A stretch of 64,000 nucleotides of DNA from Paracoccaceae bacterium (GTDB lineage Bacteria > Pseudomonadota > Alphaproteobacteria > JAPKNN01): assembly GCA_040266715.1 (NCBI GenBank), contig JAPKNN010000005.1, positions 31,027 through 95,026 on the forward strand. The letters run 5' to 3'. Both the position numbers and the translations under genes were made by a program. This document shows positions 38,988 to 48,735 of the stretch, in pieces. The notes beneath the pieces were generated by a model that had not been told where the DNA came from, searched no databases, and was given only the letters and a program-made list of their open reading frames with translations. The first letter of the stretch is position 1, and every line of letters begins with the position of its first letter.

Positions 38988-40421
38988 ATGCTGCTCATTA
39001 ATAAAATCCCTAAACATAATTTTCATTCTCGGGCTTATACAGCCCTTAAAGATACACATTTGCAGCAAGCACTTAATAAAACTAAGCATAATTTTATTAA
39101 TAAAAGAAAGAAAGCTATATCACACATTCCAGCGTTTGATTCCCTGCGTGATGAGGCTGTAAACATTAAAAATCATACATTGGATCACTTAGGTTTATAT
39201 CTAGAATTATATGAGGAAAATGTTATCAAAAGTGGTGGACATGTGCATTGGGCACAGGACTCACAAGAAGCCTGCAATATAATCCATAATATCTGTCGGC
39301 AGTATAATGCAAAAAATATTACAAAGGGCAAGAGTATTGTTTCTGAAGAAATTGAGTTAAATAATTTTCTTGACGATAAAGGTTACAATGTAACTGAAAC
39401 TGATCTTGGTGAATATATTATACAATTGCGTAAAGAAAAACCAAGTCACATTATTGCTCCTGCCGTTCATTTAACACAAGAGCAAATTAAGCAAGCTTTT
39501 CGATTTCATCATCATAACAATAGCGAGGCCCCAGTTTATAATACTGCATCCGATTTACTCAGTGAGGCTCGTAAAGTTCTTAGACAAAAATTCTTACATG
39601 CCGATGTCGGTATTACTGGAGCTAATTTTCTTATCGCACAAACAGGGAGCTCTGTTATCGTTACCAATGAAGGCAATGGAGACCTAACACAAATTTTACC
39701 TAAAACGCATATTGTTATCGCAAGCATTGAAAAAATTGTTCCGACTATAGCCGATGTTAGCCTATTATTGCGCATTCTGGCACCCTCGGCGACAGGGCAA
39801 GAAACTTCAGTTTATACAACATTTTCTACAGGAGTAAAAAAGCCCACTGACCTAGAAGGACCATCTAATTATCATGTTGTTTTATTAGATAATGGTCGTT
39901 CTCATTTACTTGATCATCCCGACAAAGAAGTGTTACGCTGTATTCGATGCGGTGCCTGTATGAATCATTGCCCTGTTTATCATGCTATAGGAGGGCATGC
40001 CTATAACAGTACATATCCTGGACCAATAGGTGCGGCACTAAGTCCACATCTCTTCGGCTTAAAAAATATGTATCAACTTCCTTTTGCCTCTTCGTTTTGT
40101 GGACGCTGTGAAGAGGTCTGTCCAGTACGCATACCGCTCCCAAAAATTATGAGACATGCTAGACAAAAGGCATATGCTTCAAATCTTCTATCATTCAAAG
40201 AAAATTTCCTATTAAGCCTATGGGGGTATATTGTAAAATATCATTTCTTATATCGCATTACGAGTTACGTTTCCATTAAATGCCTTCGACTTATAAGTCG
40301 GCAAAAAGGGTATGTTCAATGGTTACCGTTCTTTGGAACATACTTTTCTCATAAATATCTTGTGGCACCCACTCAAGATAGTTTTATTACTCAATATAAA
40401 AGACAGCAAAAAAACATATGA
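38988..40421 (+). CDS. lutB: Lactate utilization protein B (LutB/LldF iron-sulfur protein)
   Basis: 477-aa ORF with a DUF162/LUD domain plus two 4Fe-4S motifs (CIRCGACMNHCP, CGRCEEVCP). Confidence 0.85.
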   Translation: MLLINKIPKHNFHSRAYTALKDTHLQQALNKTKHNFINKRKKAISHIPAFDSLRDEAVNIKNHTLDHLGLYLELYEENVIKSGGHVHWAQDSQEACNIIHNICRQYNAKNITKGKSIVSEEIELNNFLDDKGYNVTETDLGEYIIQLRKEKPSHIIAPAVHLTQEQIKQAFRFHHHNNSEAPVYNTASDLLSEARKVLRQKFLHADVGITGANFLIAQTGSSVIVTNEGNGDLTQILPKTHIVIASIEKIVPTIADVSLLLRILAPSATGQETSVYTTFSTGVKKPTDLEGPSNYHVVLLDNGRSHLLDHPDKEVLRCIRCGACMNHCPVYHAIGGHAYNSTYPGPIGAALSPHLFGLKNMYQLPFASSFCGRCEEVCPVRIPLPKIMRHARQKAYASNLLSFKENFLLSLWGYIVKYHFLYRITSYVSIKCLRLISRQKGYVQWLPFFGTYFSHKYLVAPTQDSFITQYKRQQKNI

Positions 40422-41107
40422 AAACTTCAAGAGAACGTATTCTAAAACGCCTTCGCAAAAAAACTGATTACTCGCAAGAAGCGTTAAAAAATGTTCAAAA
40501 CAGATTAGACAACGCTTTTTTGCCCTACATAAAAATACCAACAATGGATCAAACTGACGAACACAATTACACTCAGTTCGTTAACAAGACTTTATTGCAT
40601 AAGGCCGAATATGATTTTTGCGAAACACAGGACGATATTCCTCCTTTAATTCTGCAATTTTTAAAACGCTATAATTTACCACATTCTTTAAAAATTGCTC
40701 CCCATGTAAAACTTGAATTTTTACTTACATGTCAAGATTTCCCTAATGTTAAGATTAAATCAGGATTTGCAATAGATACCGATTCTACGTCATTATCATT
40801 GGCTTATGGGGCTATAGCTGAGAATGGTTCGGTAATGATAGCATCTTCAAACGAAAATCCTGCTTCTTTAAACTTCTTACCTGAGAATCATATAATTATT
40901 CTTGAAAAAGAACGTATTTTTACACATTACGAGGCCATCATAGAGCATTATTATAAGAATAATAATAAAAATATATTGCCTCGTTTTATCAATTTCATTG
41001 CTGGTCCGTCTCGTTCTGCAGACATAGAACAAACATTACTCTTAGGCGCACATGGACCACAAAGAGTATACATCATTTGTTGTAATAAAATTTTAAGTAG
41101 AAATTAA
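40418..41107 (+). CDS. lutC: Lactate utilization protein C (LutC/YkgG)
   Basis: 229-aa LUD-domain ORF with a 4-nt overlap with lutB. Confidence 0.75.
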   Translation: MKTSRERILKRLRKKTDYSQEALKNVQNRLDNAFLPYIKIPTMDQTDEHNYTQFVNKTLLHKAEYDFCETQDDIPPLILQFLKRYNLPHSLKIAPHVKLEFLLTCQDFPNVKIKSGFAIDTDSTSLSLAYGAIAENGSVMIASSNENPASLNFLPENHIIILEKERIFTHYEAIIEHYYKNNNKNILPRFINFIAGPSRSADIEQTLLLGAHGPQRVYIICCNKILSRN

Positions 41108-41117
41108 TAAATACAAA

Positions 41118-41150
41118 GTGGTTAATGCAAAGCTGTTTTGCATTAACCAC
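41118..41150. terminator. Strong hairpin, probable (bidirectional) terminator between lutC and the MCP gene
   Basis: GTGGTTAATGCAAA-gctgt-TTTGCATTAACCAC is a perfect 14-bp stem. A T-rich tract (TTTGTATTTATT) follows on the minus strand. Confidence 0.65.
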
Positions 41151-41252
41151 CAAAATTCTTCATTTGCTTTTATAAAATCTCTATTTACCTAACCTAGCCA
41201 TAATAATAACCGTGAGCTCAGGTGAACATTAACATTAAGCGATTTGTAAAAA

Positions 41253-43400
41253 CTAGGCAGTTTTTGAAACACTTTCTAAAAACATCTTAACTTCAGTACG
41301 TAGTATCTCAAACTTCTCTCTTAATTGTTTTGATGATTCATATACTTCCGTTGCAGAACCGTTTGTTTCATTAACAGCTCTTGTTAATCCTGTAATGTTA
41401 TGTGCTACTTCTTTTGTGCCATTAGCAGCATCTTGCACATTGCGAGATATTTCAGCTGTTGCTGTTCCTTGCTCTTCAACGGCTGCTGTAATAGCTGTAG
41501 TAATTCTATTAACCTCACTCATTGTTCCTACAATGTGTTGAATTGCCTCAACAGCTTCATTGGTAGATAATTGTATGCCGGAAATTTGCTGACTTATTTC
41601 TTCCGTAGCTTTTGCCGTTTGATTAGCAAGAGATTTTACCTCATTGGCAACAACAGCAAATCCTTTACCCATTTCTCCAGCTCTAGCGGCTTCAATTGTT
41701 GCATTAAGCGCAAGTAAATTTGTTTGCTCTGCAATATCTTGTATGAGATTAACAACATCACCAATTTTTTGTGCTGATGCGGCTAAACTTTCAACCTTAT
41801 TATTAGCAGATTCAGCAACATTTGTTGCCCTTCCAACTGTCTCGCTAGATTGCCCCACTTGGCGACTAATCTCATTGATAGAACCCGATAGCTCTTCTGC
41901 AGCACTTGCCACTGTTTGAACATTCAATGACGCGGACTCAGATGCAGAGGCAGCTGCGCCAGCCTGATTATCTGCACTATGCGCTACGTCTGATAATGCT
42001 TGTGCTGTAGTTTGCATTGACATAGCCGATTTATTAACTTCATCAATAATTATTGTAACTTGAGAGTTAAATTTCTCAGCAAAATCTGCAAGTTCTTGTC
42101 TATTTTTTCTTTGCATCTCATCACGCTCAAGAGCTTGCTCTTTTTCTGATTCTATCTTGCTACGTGCACTTTCTTGAAATACGTTTAGTGCCCTTGCTAT
42201 TTCACCTACTTCATCACCTCTATGATTACCTTCAATAAGTAAATCCAAATTACCCTTTGATAATTTTCTCATAACTTCTATCTGCCTACTGAGCTTATTC
42301 ATGAGAGTTTTACTGAAAATTATAACTATCAAAGAAACAATGATTATTAAGCTTAATAATACTGCCGTCACCTCAAAAAGAACTTTATCTGAACTTTCAT
42401 AGGCAAGTCCCTTTTCTAATTCACTGACAACTACCCAATTATTATCACCAACTTTAAGTAACTCTAGAAAGCTCAGCATTTCTAAACCCTCTTCCACGAC
42501 AATTCCTGCGCTTGAACCTTCATTTATCGCTTGCTTCACAAGTTCTTTATTTCCGAATTCAGTTTCTAGCCCCATATCACCTTTGTAACTACTTATACGT
42601 ATAATATTATCTTCACCTATAATTTTTGTCTTTCCATCCTTTCCAAGTGTCTTTTGTGCATTTGATAACATATTCTCGGCAAGTAAACCAAGGGGTACCT
42701 GTATAGCAAGCGCTCCTATAACTTTGCCATTTTCAACTATCTGATGTGCCATAAACATATTTGGGGTATTCGCACTAGGGGCATAAGCTTCCACATCTGA
42801 AAAAATTATTTCTCTTTTTTCCATAGCAGCCCTTGAGGCCATTGCCAAACCTGTATCACGATATTCCCCTGTGAATAAATTTGTGGCATAATCTAATTCC
42901 TTATAGACTGAGTAAATAATATTACCTTTTGTATCGACAATGAAGAGATCATAAAGTTTGTATATATCTATAATATCCTTGTATGTCTGATGATATTGTC
43001 CATGTGTAAAATCGTAAGACAAACCAGCCTCTGACATATTTAGCCCGTCTTTCTGACCATTAGGGTAGGGATTTTCCCTTATGTAAGCCGTTTGTAAAAC
43101 CATTTTTGGATTACCAGGTATACTATAGAAGTCTTGTTCAAACTTTCCTGCAGCTTCAACTGAGTTCCGTGCGTTAAGTCGCAGCATAGACTCTAACCCC
43201 TGCATATAATTTTGTATGGATGCATTACGTTCATCTGTATAATTTTTTAATTTCTCATTAACTTGCTTTTGCGCAAGCTCTGACAAGTCCACATAAACGA
43301 CATAGACTGTGATAACACTAACTAACAAACTACTTAAAATAAAAATTAGGGGTATTTTTACCGAAAAGTTAAGATTCTCAAAATATTTAAATAATCGCAT
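41253..43400 (-). CDS. Methyl-accepting chemotaxis protein (Cache-type periplasmic sensor, HAMP, MA domain)
   Basis: 715-aa ORF with two TM helices flanking a periplasmic region of about 300 aa. The highly conserved signalling hairpin is present ([35 protein letters not shown]). No che genes are nearby. Confidence 0.88.
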   Translation of the reverse strand: MRLFKYFENLNFSVKIPLIFILSSLLVSVITVYVVYVDLSELAQKQVNEKLKNYTDERNASIQNYMQGLESMLRLNARNSVEAAGKFEQDFYSIPGNPKMVLQTAYIRENPYPNGQKDGLNMSEAGLSYDFTHGQYHQTYKDIIDIYKLYDLFIVDTKGNIIYSVYKELDYATNLFTGEYRDTGLAMASRAAMEKREIIFSDVEAYAPSANTPNMFMAHQIVENGKVIGALAIQVPLGLLAENMLSNAQKTLGKDGKTKIIGEDNIIRISSYKGDMGLETEFGNKELVKQAINEGSSAGIVVEEGLEMLSFLELLKVGDNNWVVVSELEKGLAYESSDKVLFEVTAVLLSLIIIVSLIVIIFSKTLMNKLSRQIEVMRKLSKGNLDLLIEGNHRGDEVGEIARALNVFQESARSKIESEKEQALERDEMQRKNRQELADFAEKFNSQVTIIIDEVNKSAMSMQTTAQALSDVAHSADNQAGAAASASESASLNVQTVASAAEELSGSINEISRQVGQSSETVGRATNVAESANNKVESLAASAQKIGDVVNLIQDIAEQTNLLALNATIEAARAGEMGKGFAVVANEVKSLANQTAKATEEISQQISGIQLSTNEAVEAIQHIVGTMSEVNRITTAITAAVEEQGTATAEISRNVQDAANGTKEVAHNITGLTRAVNETNGSATEVYESSKQLREKFEILRTEVKMFLESVSKTA

Positions 43401-43632
43401 TATGCTGTCCTCGTTTTAGATATTATATTTGCACTGCCTTGATAAACCACAATTTATGCGATATAAATTTTTAACTGTAAGAGCGGTACGTCTATTTGCT
43501 GCAAAATCAACGTTGTAAGTCCCCAACAGCCAGAAATTTACTATTTGTTACTTTCACTTAAATTGCACTTATACCGCATATTGATTCGGCACAATTTATG
43601 GCTACACAGACCTCACAATATCTGTAAAAGTG

Positions 43633-44001
43633 TTAATTTTTCGTATACAACCTAGAGTATTTAAGTCTTTTGCTTCTTGTATACTTATCAAATCGTTCTT
43701 TTTCATGTTTATAAGCTTGGGCCAGAAGCATATGCCTGTTTATATCGTACCCCCATCTTTTTTGTATTCCTCTACTACGCTCTTGCCGTAATTTCTTGGC
43801 TAAAGAGCATAATATATAGCCTTGATTGTTCGGATAATCTTCTTTTAAAGCATTTAGGGAGATACCTAATATCTTAGGTAAATCCTTCTCACGAGTATAT
43901 GAAGAGCGAAATACAGGCCTAAATGACTGAGATGTAATAGACATAATTTTTATAATAATACACCTCCCAGTAAGGAGGATAATTTTTATTATATTTTTCA
44001 T
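43633..44001 (-). CDS. Small basic hypothetical protein, divergent from the DnaA-domain-IV gene
   Basis: 122-aa ORF (alternative ATG at codon 20) with a possible HTH-like stretch (DLPKILGISLNALKEDY) and a basic C-terminus. It may belong to a small alphaproteobacterial DUF family (DUF6477?), but that is unverified. Confidence 0.45.
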   Translation of the reverse strand: MKNIIKIILLTGRCIIIKIMSITSQSFRPVFRSSYTREKDLPKILGISLNALKEDYPNNQGYILCSLAKKLRQERSRGIQKRWGYDINRHMLLAQAYKHEKERFDKYTRSKRLKYSRLYTKN

Positions 44002-44008
44002 TTTGAAT

Positions 44009-44017
44009 TTATCCCCG
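44009..44017 (+). promoter_or_regulatory. DnaA-box-like 9-mer
   Basis: TTATCCCCG matches the TTATCCACA consensus at 7/9 positions and has an ATCCCC core as in Caulobacter G-boxes (from memory). Only one copy is present. Confidence 0.25.
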
Positions 44018-44065
44018 CACTTAGAATCATCATTAAATTAATTGCATCTTATGTATATTACTACT

Positions 44066-44080
44066 TTAAGGCGAATTTAA
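44066..44080. promoter_or_regulatory. CtrA-box-like site TTAA-N7-TTAA
   Basis: TTAAGGCGAATTTAA ends 18 nt upstream of the ATG at 44098 and overlaps a weak TTGCAT-N17-TTTAAG promoter. Chance occurrence in AT-rich DNA is not negligible. Confidence 0.3.
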
Positions 44081-44097
44081 TTGTATGGGAGTGCCAC

Positions 44098-44538
44098 ATG
44101 TTAGACACAGAAAAACAAAGAAAGTTAAATGCTAAATTTTCATATCTTATTTCTCTAGAACAAAGAAAAATTGATCTTAAGCAACAAAGATGGGCTCAGT
44201 CTATACGTAAAATAGATACACTTAACAAAGTTTTGTTAAGCTACTTTAATATAAGTAAATCTGAGCTTTATGCATCTTCACGCCAAAAAGCTTCTATTGC
44301 CTTGATACGCCAAATCGCTATGTATATTTGTCACGTCAACTTCTCTTTAACATATACGGAGATAGGTATCGTTTTTGGACGCGATCGTACAACCGCCTCA
44401 CATGCGTGTCGACTTATTGAGGATAAAAGAGACAATCCTAAGTTTGATTCTGCCATAGGACAATTAGAATTAGTACTTAAAAATTTTGAGCTTTGTACAA
44501 ATAAATATAGACAGATGGAAAAAGTAAATGAGCATTAG
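44098..44538 (+). CDS. Orphan DnaA domain-IV (Bac_DnaA_C-like HTH) protein; GafY / GafA-N-domain-like candidate
   Basis: 146-aa ORF with a strong SD (GGGAG, 6-nt spacer). SRQKASIALIRQIAMYICH..TYTEIGIVFGRDRTTASHACRLIEDKR aligns to DnaA domain IV. There is no AAA+ module. Confidence 0.8.
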   Translation: MLDTEKQRKLNAKFSYLISLEQRKIDLKQQRWAQSIRKIDTLNKVLLSYFNISKSELYASSRQKASIALIRQIAMYICHVNFSLTYTEIGIVFGRDRTTASHACRLIEDKRDNPKFDSAIGQLELVLKNFELCTNKYRQMEKVNEH

Positions 44539-45337
44539 CACACCCAAAAAAAACCTATATAATCTTAGTGAGCTTTTAATTGTCATATTTGAAAATAAAA
44601 AAATTGCTTTTACTGTTTCACAAAAAGACATTCGATTGTTTAAAGACGCACAAAAGAAAAAATTCTTAGCTTGCGTGACGCAGGAGCAAAGACAGATGCT
44701 ACTTAAGGCAGGCTGCATAAGGGAGGATAATAACTTCTGGCATATCACACAAAAAACATTTGATATGATGTCATCTTATAAAAAAAATACGCTTAGCCTT
44801 AAATCTTTTTCTTCAAATGCCGAAAATAAAGAATATTGTATCATTCACACAAAAGAAAGTGCGTTACTTTGGCTTTCTCAACATACAGACAAAAAAGGCC
44901 GTAAATGGCTTGAAGAACATCATCTAGAAGCAGCTCAAAGATTATATAATGATTTTATTTATGCAGGTATTCATCCTCATATTACAACCAATTATGCGAC
45001 ATTAAATGAAGCCAAAGATAAAAAAAATAAACACCATTCTGGTTTACATCTTCTTGACAACAAGCTCACTGCAAAGAACAGACTTAACAAAGTTCTCCGC
45101 AAACTAGACGAAGACTCCGTCCATTTGCTTTTGGATATTTGCTGTTATCAATATGGTCTTGAACAAGTTGAAAAAAGTTACGGTTGGCCCAGGCGTTCGG
45201 CAAAGCTAATGTTGCGCACGGCATTATCTAACTTAGCACATGAATATAATCTTATTCCACAAAATATGCAAAAATCCCAAAGCATCCAACTCTGGTTTAT
45301 GGATAAATATCAATCTAAAACCTCTTCTTCATTATAA
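44528..45337 (+). CDS. DUF6456-like protein with a sigma-70 region-4-like C-terminal HTH; GafZ / GafA-C-domain-like candidate
   Basis: 269-aa ORF whose ATG lies inside the last 11 nt of the upstream gene (translational coupling). C-terminus is LLLDICCYQYGLEQVEKSYGWPRRSAKLMLRTALSNLAHEY. The family assignment is from memory. Confidence 0.6.
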   Translation: MSISTPKKNLYNLSELLIVIFENKKIAFTVSQKDIRLFKDAQKKKFLACVTQEQRQMLLKAGCIREDNNFWHITQKTFDMMSSYKKNTLSLKSFSSNAENKEYCIIHTKESALLWLSQHTDKKGRKWLEEHHLEAAQRLYNDFIYAGIHPHITTNYATLNEAKDKKNKHHSGLHLLDNKLTAKNRLNKVLRKLDEDSVHLLLDICCYQYGLEQVEKSYGWPRRSAKLMLRTALSNLAHEYNLIPQNMQKSQSIQLWFMDKYQSKTSSSL

Positions 45338-45666
45338 TCGATTGATAAGACATCTTCCCAACGTAATAAATAAACCTCTCGCGATTTTTCCTTAATGACA
45401 TTATAAAAGTTATCCATTCCTAATTCAAAAATGAGTTTCCTTGTTTGAATACATGCCTCTAAAACTAGCTCCGAGCGTATTACATTACACTGTCTTATCA
45501 AACCTGCACTATTACCCAAAATTAATACAAACACGATCGCATACAACATGATCGTAGTACTATAGAACATTTTCTTATTGCGCAAAAAATTGGTACTCCA
45601 ATCATTTTTGGCCGTTGCGTAATAATGAAATTTTTTTTCTAATTGCCTATTCTTTGACGCTGCCAT
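45310..45666 (-). CDS. Small single-pass membrane protein, last gene of the O-acetylation operon
   Basis: 118-aa ORF with one TM helix (IMLYAIVFVLILGNSAGLI). It starts 17 nt after the MBOAT stop, and its 3' end overlaps the convergent 269-aa gene by 28 nt. Confidence 0.45.
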   Translation of the reverse strand: MAASKNRQLEKKFHYYATAKNDWSTNFLRNKKMFYSTTIMLYAIVFVLILGNSAGLIRQCNVIRSELVLEACIQTRKLIFELGMDNFYNVIKEKSREVYLLRWEDVLSIDYNEEEVLD

Positions 45667-45683
45667 CCCTTACCTATAGTTTT

Positions 45684-47159
45684 CTAAAACTGAAAATATA
45701 TAAATGGAGCAACATCACTAGGAGATATCGCATCAATAATCAAGATAAAAATACCACACAAAATAGCAAAAATAAGTGGAGGTATACGTTCAAAAATAAC
45801 CAAGCAATATAATCCCAAACGCCTTGGAATAAATTGACAGCATAAAGTTATAAGTATCAAAAAAACCACAATAGGTGTAGCTTGCTCAGGACTTTCGCTC
45901 CATTGTCCTAAAAATAAGGCTTCTATATAATTAAAAGCAGAGAATATCGTCTCAGAACGAAAAAATATCCAACAAAAACTTACAAAATTAAATGTTATAA
46001 AAATTCCCAATATATGAAATACAAAAGTGCCTAGCTTATCAGATAGAGATAGTATGCGATTAAAACTCGACGATGTGGATACTAAATCAACCTGTTTAGC
46101 ATTTAAGTGAATGAATAGATGTGTAATTATTAGCATAAACCCGTGCAAGCTACCCCATACTATAAATGTCCAATTTGCCCCATGCCAAATTCCTCCTAAA
46201 AACATAGTTATAAAAATATTTCTAGCTGTATTGAGATATTTTCCTCTATTTCCACCTAGAGGAATATAAATATAATCACGTAGCCAATGGGAAAGTGATA
46301 TATGCCAAAGACGCCAAAAATGAATAAGATTAGCAGCTCTATAAGGACGGTTAAAATTTCGCTCAAAGCGAAACCCTAAGAGTGCCGCAATGCCAATTGC
46401 CATATCTGAATAACCAGAAAAATCACAATAAATTTGGATGGCATATGCATAAACGCCTACAAGTAAATCAATTGAACTATACTGAATCGGATCAAAGAAA
46501 ATGTCATCAACAATCTCAGTTGCCAAATAATTGGCTATGTACATTTTTTTGAACAACCCCAATAGAAAAATACAAAAACCATAGGTACGTAATTTTCTAT
46601 CTAGGAGTCTTGGTGTTGCAAGTTGTGGTAAAAAAACACTTGCTCTTACTATAGGACCTGCGACTAGCTGTGGGAAAAATGATATATAAAGGAAAATATC
46701 AATAATACTATAACACACAGGAATACGTGATTTGTATACATCTACAATATATGATATGCCTTGAAATGTAAAAAAGGATATTCCAACGGGTAAAATAATT
46801 TCTAGAAATACTAAATCTCTCTGTACTCCCCATATAGTTAAAACATCACTCAAATTTTCTAGAAAAAAATTGTAATATTTGAAAAAAGCCAAAATAGATA
46901 AATTTAATGCAAGTGCTACGATTAAAAAAAACCTGCGCAATGCTGTTTTTTTTACTGCCGAAATCATAATTGCAAAGATGTAATTAATAAATGCACTAGC
47001 GGCAAGTAATAAGCAGAACCGTACATCCCAGTAGGCATAAAAAAAGAAACTAGCAGTTAACAATACCCATTTATTAAGTTCCGAAAATCGGCAACTTAGC
47101 CATGATAAGGTAAAGACAACGCAAAAAAAAAGTAAAAAATCTATTGTCGGGAAAAGCAT
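45684..47159 (-). CDS. MBOAT-family membrane O-acyltransferase (AlgI/PatA/DltB-like)
   Basis: 491-aa polytopic protein with the MBOAT His region (FWRLWHISLSHWLRDYIYIPLGGNR...GGIWHGANW). Confidence 0.85.
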   Translation of the reverse strand: MLFPTIDFLLFFCVVFTLSWLSCRFSELNKWVLLTASFFFYAYWDVRFCLLLAASAFINYIFAIMISAVKKTALRRFFLIVALALNLSILAFFKYYNFFLENLSDVLTIWGVQRDLVFLEIILPVGISFFTFQGISYIVDVYKSRIPVCYSIIDIFLYISFFPQLVAGPIVRASVFLPQLATPRLLDRKLRTYGFCIFLLGLFKKMYIANYLATEIVDDIFFDPIQYSSIDLLVGVYAYAIQIYCDFSGYSDMAIGIAALLGFRFERNFNRPYRAANLIHFWRLWHISLSHWLRDYIYIPLGGNRGKYLNTARNIFITMFLGGIWHGANWTFIVWGSLHGFMLIITHLFIHLNAKQVDLVSTSSSFNRILSLSDKLGTFVFHILGIFITFNFVSFCWIFFRSETIFSAFNYIEALFLGQWSESPEQATPIVVFLILITLCCQFIPRRLGLYCLVIFERIPPLIFAILCGIFILIIDAISPSDVAPFIYFQF

Positions 47160-47248
47160 CCTGTGTACCCTTTTTCTTGGCTATTGATATAAAACACACC
47201 ATAGGGAGATATTGCATGTAAAAGAAATTAGTTTCAAACTAAAAATTT

Positions 47249-48649
47249 TTAGTTTCGAAAAACTCCTTTTTCCCTATTATAAAAATACATAATATCATAA
47301 AATAACAATCTTGCAGAATAACGTGCTCCTTTATGGGTCATATGAACAAAATCACTATATGCAAAAGCGGGTTTTTGCTGAGACCAGCTTATAATTCCAC
47401 AATCACCTTGCATAATGGCAGACCAATCCCAAAACCAAGCTCCTATTTCCTTGGCAATTGATTCCTGTACAAAACGTACTTTATTAAGATTAGGGGGAGG
47501 ATGCCAAAAAGCTAGCTTTTTGTCTTTTTTATAAAGCAGTTTTTTATAATTTTGTATTTCTTGTTTTTTAAGTTCTCGACAATTACCAATTGCTTTTTTT
47601 CTTCCAGACGAAATATAACGCGGAAATCTAACCGCACCAGGAGCACCTATAATAAGAAAAGAAGCATTTGGCGCATATTTCTTTAAAACTTTAATTGAAT
47701 TAACATACTTATCCCTATACCTCTTGATATTAAGATTATCAAAAAAACCTTCATTTGTACCATAGGATAGCACAATTAAATCAGGTTTCAGGGCTTTTAT
47801 ATCACGTGCAATGAAATCCTTATCCCAGCGGGACATAATATCAGCGCTTACGCCAGTGTGACCTATATTAGTATAAATAATACCAGGTCTTGTGTTTTCT
47901 ACTCGCCATGAAAGAAGTGTAACCTTACCATCACCATGGGGACTTACAGTTAATCTTTTTCCTTTCTTATAACTCTTGAAATATCGTATTTGATTTTCAT
48001 TTCCTTTTGTATCAAATATCTCTTTATGCTGTCCAATATGGATAACAACATGCCCCGATTCAGGTGATGTTTGAAATCCAACTTCAGAGTAATCAAAAGG
48101 GTATTTCGTTTCAAGCATCATTTTACTTTTTTTATTCCTGCTTGAAAACTTAACTCCCGAAATACCATACGGAATTTTTTTATTTTTATATACTGAATAT
48201 TTTTTCCAATCACCATACTGGCTTACCTTTATCCCTCTGGCATGATAATATTTATCAGGAATACCGGGCGGAAGGAAGCCTCTACCTGCACTATCAAAAC
48301 GATTCTGAAAAAACTCCCGAAGGTCACCAGAAAATAAATCCGCAACAATATGGCTGTCACCTAAATGCAAAATACGTACAGGTGTTGATCTTTTTTTTGT
48401 CTCAAGCCTATACAGGGAATAGAAAAAAGAAGATAATTGGTGCTGACTCATAGATGCTTCTTTTTCTAAAGCATTCTGGGTCAATTCAAACTCTCTTAAA
48501 AGTTTTGCAATAGGGTCTTTCGCATAAACTATATCTTGAGTAGATGCTATTAAAAAAAGCATACCGCATATAAACCTACATTGCCAAAACTGTGACTGAT
48601 GACAGCTGGCTGATAAGAAACACAGAAGTTTTTTGAAAAAAATACCCAT
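47249..48649 (-). CDS. Periplasmic SGNH/GDSL hydrolase with a 160-aa insertion between blocks I and II (Ape1-like architecture)
   Basis: 466-aa ORF with an N-terminal signal-like region. Block I is LHLGDSH (Ser99), block II NIGHTG (about 263-266), block III SYGTNEG (Asn299), block V SDFVHMT (Asp433/His436). Confidence 0.7.
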   Translation of the reverse strand: MGIFFKKLLCFLSASCHQSQFWQCRFICGMLFLIASTQDIVYAKDPIAKLLREFELTQNALEKEASMSQHQLSSFFYSLYRLETKKRSTPVRILHLGDSHIVADLFSGDLREFFQNRFDSAGRGFLPPGIPDKYYHARGIKVSQYGDWKKYSVYKNKKIPYGISGVKFSSRNKKSKMMLETKYPFDYSEVGFQTSPESGHVVIHIGQHKEIFDTKGNENQIRYFKSYKKGKRLTVSPHGDGKVTLLSWRVENTRPGIIYTNIGHTGVSADIMSRWDKDFIARDIKALKPDLIVLSYGTNEGFFDNLNIKRYRDKYVNSIKVLKKYAPNASFLIIGAPGAVRFPRYISSGRKKAIGNCRELKKQEIQNYKKLLYKKDKKLAFWHPPPNLNKVRFVQESIAKEIGAWFWDWSAIMQGDCGIISWSQQKPAFAYSDFVHMTHKGARYSARLLFYDIMYFYNREKGVFRN

Positions 48650-48735
48650 ATATGGAAAAATATTATACCTTCATAAAATCTTTGTGCCCATCCTTACAAA
48701 TATCGAGTACAGAAAAGTGAAATGGCCTTCAATAA

